Part shown: positions 60,461-64,000 of the stretch, in pieces
Position numbering within the stretch: the first letter of the stretch is position 1
How the letters are laid out: every line of letters begins with the position of its first letter
DNA from: Amphiscolops sp. MND2022
Lineage: Eukaryota
Direction: 5' to 3'
Length of the DNA: 64,000 nucleotides
Assembly (NCBI GenBank): GCA_964187785.1
Contig: OZ076420.1
Span: forward strand, 11,470,001 to 11,534,000
Notes under the pieces: generated by a model
The model's database searches: none
What the model was told of the DNA's origin: nothing
What the model saw: only the letters and a program-made list of their open reading frames with translations
Program-made: the position numbers and the translations under genes

Positions 60461-62968
60461 CCATCGACTTCAGTTCGATACTGAATTAGTTACTTTCACT
60501 CAGCTGGTAGCGCATCCCCCTATCAGGCAGTAGAATGTGGGTTCGAAGCTCGCCTTCATCGCACTTATTTAAGAAGGCAGAAAATACCCCGGTGCTTAGC
60601 GGGCGTCTTGTGTCAATGTTAAGGACTAATTTAGACGTTTTAGACAGAGATAGATGGTGTTGAAGTACTTTAAGGAGACGCTAGCAGAGCTGTAGATATT
60701 AGGTCAAGAAAGAACAGTTTTGGTGATGAAGAATTTATTGACCATCTGGTGGAGTTATGAATCAAAACTGCTTTACAAATCTATTGTTTAAAGATGTCGA
60801 CAAAGTGTACAGTCGAATATAAATCAATATGCTACACACAAACATAGAGGTCTAGACTAATAGTGAAAAAGTGTATATGGAATGTTGTAGTTATATCAGT
60901 TTTCCAAAGTTATCGCCTGCACAGAATGCGACAATATATAACCGTTTTAAACATTTTACAACGAACATATTCATGAAAGTTTCTGACATTTCCGAAAAAA
61001 AAGCTTACTAAAATGAAAGATCACAAATAATAACCCGATGTGTTCATCAGAATTCTTGAGGACAATTTATAACCTTGGTTGATAATTATATCCGAAACGG
61101 CTTTGCCCCGAAACAGAAGCCGGGACACTAACGAAAAAGCATGATTACCCTATTGGTCGTCTGACTATACTTAAGGAATAAAAAGAGAATTTGTTTTGGA
61201 GCGTTGTCAAAGTTCTCTGATGAGACAGGGGTTGCTTTGGTTTTTGCTCCATTGCATCTTAGATGTTTCTTAAGGGTCTGAGAGTTATCAAGGATGCACT
61301 AAACGCCAGATGAAACTTCAAGTATTCGTTTCGAGTTCGAGGAGTAATCATACAGTAATGACAAAAACTACAGTGGAATCGCAGTGTCTTTTAAACACTT
61401 CTACTAGAGACAAAGTCAAGAAACTTTTGTTGCTTTGTGAGTGTTTCCCGAATTAGAAATTGTTGAAATTTAGTGCGACGAGAAAATTAACTCCACTTTC
61501 TCTAAGTGCTCATGATTGTTTTTGTTCCGCGCTCCATCTCAGCCTTCCACAAAGTTCAAATAATGATAAAAGTATGTTTTAACAGATGTAACTGTGAAGC
61601 TATTTCTGAATCATGCCCCAATTTTCATGAATCCAACTCTTTAGAGAGACTTTTTGAATGTTTTTGTTGGTACGAGTATCTTCAACAACCAAAAAGCTAG
61701 CTAATTAAAATACTCTAGTTCACAGACATGCGTAATTTTTTGCAAAAGTGGAGATGAAATCAACTAATGAACGTATAGGCATTTCGATTAATGTAGTGAT
61801 AGATTCTTTAATTCGTCTTGTGGTGATGGTTGCAATGGTGGGAGCAATGGGGTCCAATGCAAAAGGAATGGGGAGGTTCATTTGGTAGACGTTTGAAGAG
61901 ACATTTTGGAAAGGTATGAAGAGTATTTTAATTATAATTTTTGAAAGAAAAAAGATATAATATAACAAGTTGGAAAAAGTAATTTGCAAATTGTTCTTCG
62001 AGTTCAACAGGATTTTCGATATGAATGTTTGATGGTCTTTGAGGTCTTGGTAATATTTGAGGAGCAACAGCAGCAATGGAAGGTGTATTAAGAGGTTGAT
62101 TAATGGTTTGGTTTTTTTGTAAGAAAGGTTTTTTGTAGTTCATGTATTTGTTTTTGAGTATATTTTTAAGGGTTGAGGTAAAATTCTAGGGGTTTGGTTA
62201 ATTTGGAGTTAAGCGTGAAGTTTTGATATTTAGCGAGGAGCGATGAAACATGAGGATTGCGGTTATATAAAAAAGTTTTGAAAGAAAAGAATGTAAATTA
62301 TTACAAAAAGTTAGAGTTAGATTTAAAATGGAACGGTTGTTTATGGATATTAAGTATAATTTTAAATAGTTTTTACAATAGTATTGCTTGATTGTGAGGA
62401 TCAATTTTTCAGCAAGCAAGGTGAAGAATACAAGTATTGCAAAAAAGTATGTTGTAAACAAAATTATGGTGACGAAATTTTCTGAAAATAACATTGTAAA
62501 AAATGGTAAATGAATTAGAGATGAAGGTTCACCGACGAGTTGTCGAATCAAAGACTAGTGCAGAAATTAAGGTGTACCGACATTTGTCGAACCGTTCTGT
62601 TCGGTTAGTACAGAAGACTTGTTGTACCGACGCAGGGTCGAACCAATTGAGGTTAGTACAGACGAATTATTGTACCGACTCGTAGTCGATCTAATGAAAG
62701 TTAGTACAAAAAATTGCAAAGTCTACCGACAATTTTGTCGAGCCAACATGTCTGACTTGTAGTGAAGTTGGGCGTAGGCATGTTGAGATTTCGGCGTTTC
62801 GTAAATTTTTTCGTAGAAATTATTTATGAAGAAAATTTTTTATGAAAAAAATTGTTTTCTATTCTGCTTCGACGGGGTTTTTAGAAAAGAAAACGAATAG
62901 AAAAGTGAGAGAAAGGGAACGGCCGGAGTGAAACAGAAAAGAAAGATTTTCGAGCTGGTCGCACCAGT

Positions 62969-63346
62969 TGATGTATTATTGTTTTATGTTTGTTATTTGG
63001 TTAGTCAAGATACTTCAAAAAGATTTTAGATTACTGGGTAAAGCATCAGAGCTGCGTTTGTCAATCTAGACAAAACTGTTTTTGGGGAATCTATTTCTCT
63101 AAATCGAGTTATATAAATCAAAGTTGGTTTATAGTGATTGACATAATATGTGGTTACAAATGAGAATACTATTACACAGAGTTTGGGTACTATGAAATTT
63201 ACATCAATTATATAGAGTAAGTTACATAAAGTACATCTATTAAATAAAGGATGTTGAAATGGGTTGACATATAATTGACAGATAACTAAATGGAGTTGGC
63301 TTTTAGGTCACGGGGTTAGAGATTATGAATCATCATAGGTATCTCA
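62969..63346 (-). repeat. 5' LTR copy 3 (with PBS)
   Basis: Near-identical to 57187-57567. Confidence 0.93.
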
Positions 63347-64000
63347 CCATCGACTTCAGTTCGATACTGAATTAGTTACTTTCACTCAGCTGGTAGCGCA
63401 TCCCCCTATCAGGCAGTAGAATGTGGGTTCGAAGCTCGCCTTCATCGCACTTATTTAAGAAGGCAGAAAATACCCCGGTGCTTAGCGGGCGTCTTGTGTC
63501 AATGTTAAGGACTAATTTAGACGTTTTAGACAGAGATAGATGGTGTTGAAGTACTTTAAGGAGACGCTAGCAGAGCTGTAGATATTAGGTCAAGAAAGAA
63601 CAGTTTTGGTGATGAAGAATTTATTGACCATCTGGTGGAGTTATGAATCAAAACTGCTTTACAAATCTATTGTTTAAAGATGTCGACAAAGTGTACAGTC
63701 GAATATAAATCAATATGCTACACACAAACATAGAGGTCTAGACTAATAGTGAAAAAGTGTATATGGAATGTTGTAGTTATATCAGTTTTCCAAAGTTATC
63801 GCCTGCACAGAATGCGACAATATATAACCGTTTTAAACATTTTACAACGAACATATTCATGAAGGTTTCTGACATTTCCGAAAAAATCTTACTAAAATCA
63901 AAGATCACAAATAATAACCCGATGTGTTCATCAGAATTCTTGAGGACAATTTATAACCTTGGTTGATAATTATATCCGAAACGGCTTTGCCCCGAAACAG

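Larger units (their letters stand above)
55998..64000. repeat. Tandem array of ~2.89-kb units (leader + PBS + 5' LTR + 1.3-kb flank)
   Basis: Units start at 55998, 58889 and 61782 (shared tttcgattaatg junction); LTR copies at 57187, 60080 and 62969; third unit runs off the window. Confidence 0.95.

Noticed and set aside
55897-62551. Leu/Ile/Phe-rich - strand ORFs in the leader repeats (e.g. 56383..56769, 59274..59603)
   Set aside because: Expected from T-rich strand bias; frames differ between near-identical copies.

Overview
Eukaryotic, almost entirely transposon-derived window; no prokaryotic genes, rRNA or CRISPR. (1) 1-~3950: decayed Ty3/Gypsy pol (RT-RNaseH-IN, + strand; the element starts before the window). 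(2) Directly downstream on the - strand lies an intron-containing gene (~27690->24423, continuing in frame at 4716->4178) encoding an acidic N-terminus, a Zn-finger and an apparently catalytically dead hAT-transposase-like domain; four GT-AG introns can be reconstructed in phase. (3) That gene is interrupted by a 19.7-kb Polinton/Maverick (4723-24416; AGTAGT...ACTACT termini, ~400-bp TIRs, perfect 6-bp TSD GACGTA) with truncated MCP, minor capsid, integrase, packaging ATPase, a tandemly duplicated pPolB and accessory genes (EGF-like remnant, LxCxE-like Zn protein, DEDD-like exonuclease, two PC4-like genes). Its intergenic promoters are packed with CArG, E-box and AP-1 motifs. (4) 28.5-35.7 kb: AT-rich spacer with small repeats, a 200-N gap and a hAT 3' fragment. 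(5) 35693-57567: a large - strand env-bearing Ty3/Gypsy element (TG...CA LTRs, PBS, 4-bp TSD CCAT) with a class III (gB/chuvirus-G-like) env, several accessory ORFs, a triplicated pol segment and a hairpin array in the leader, inserted ~25 bp upstream of a tRNA-like Pol III promoter. (6) 56.0-64.0 kb: three ~2.89-kb tandem copies of leader + 5' LTR + flank. Nearly all coding sequences carry stops or frameshifts. All alignments and percent identities were counted by eye and are approximate; protein-family calls come from motif recognition, not database searches.
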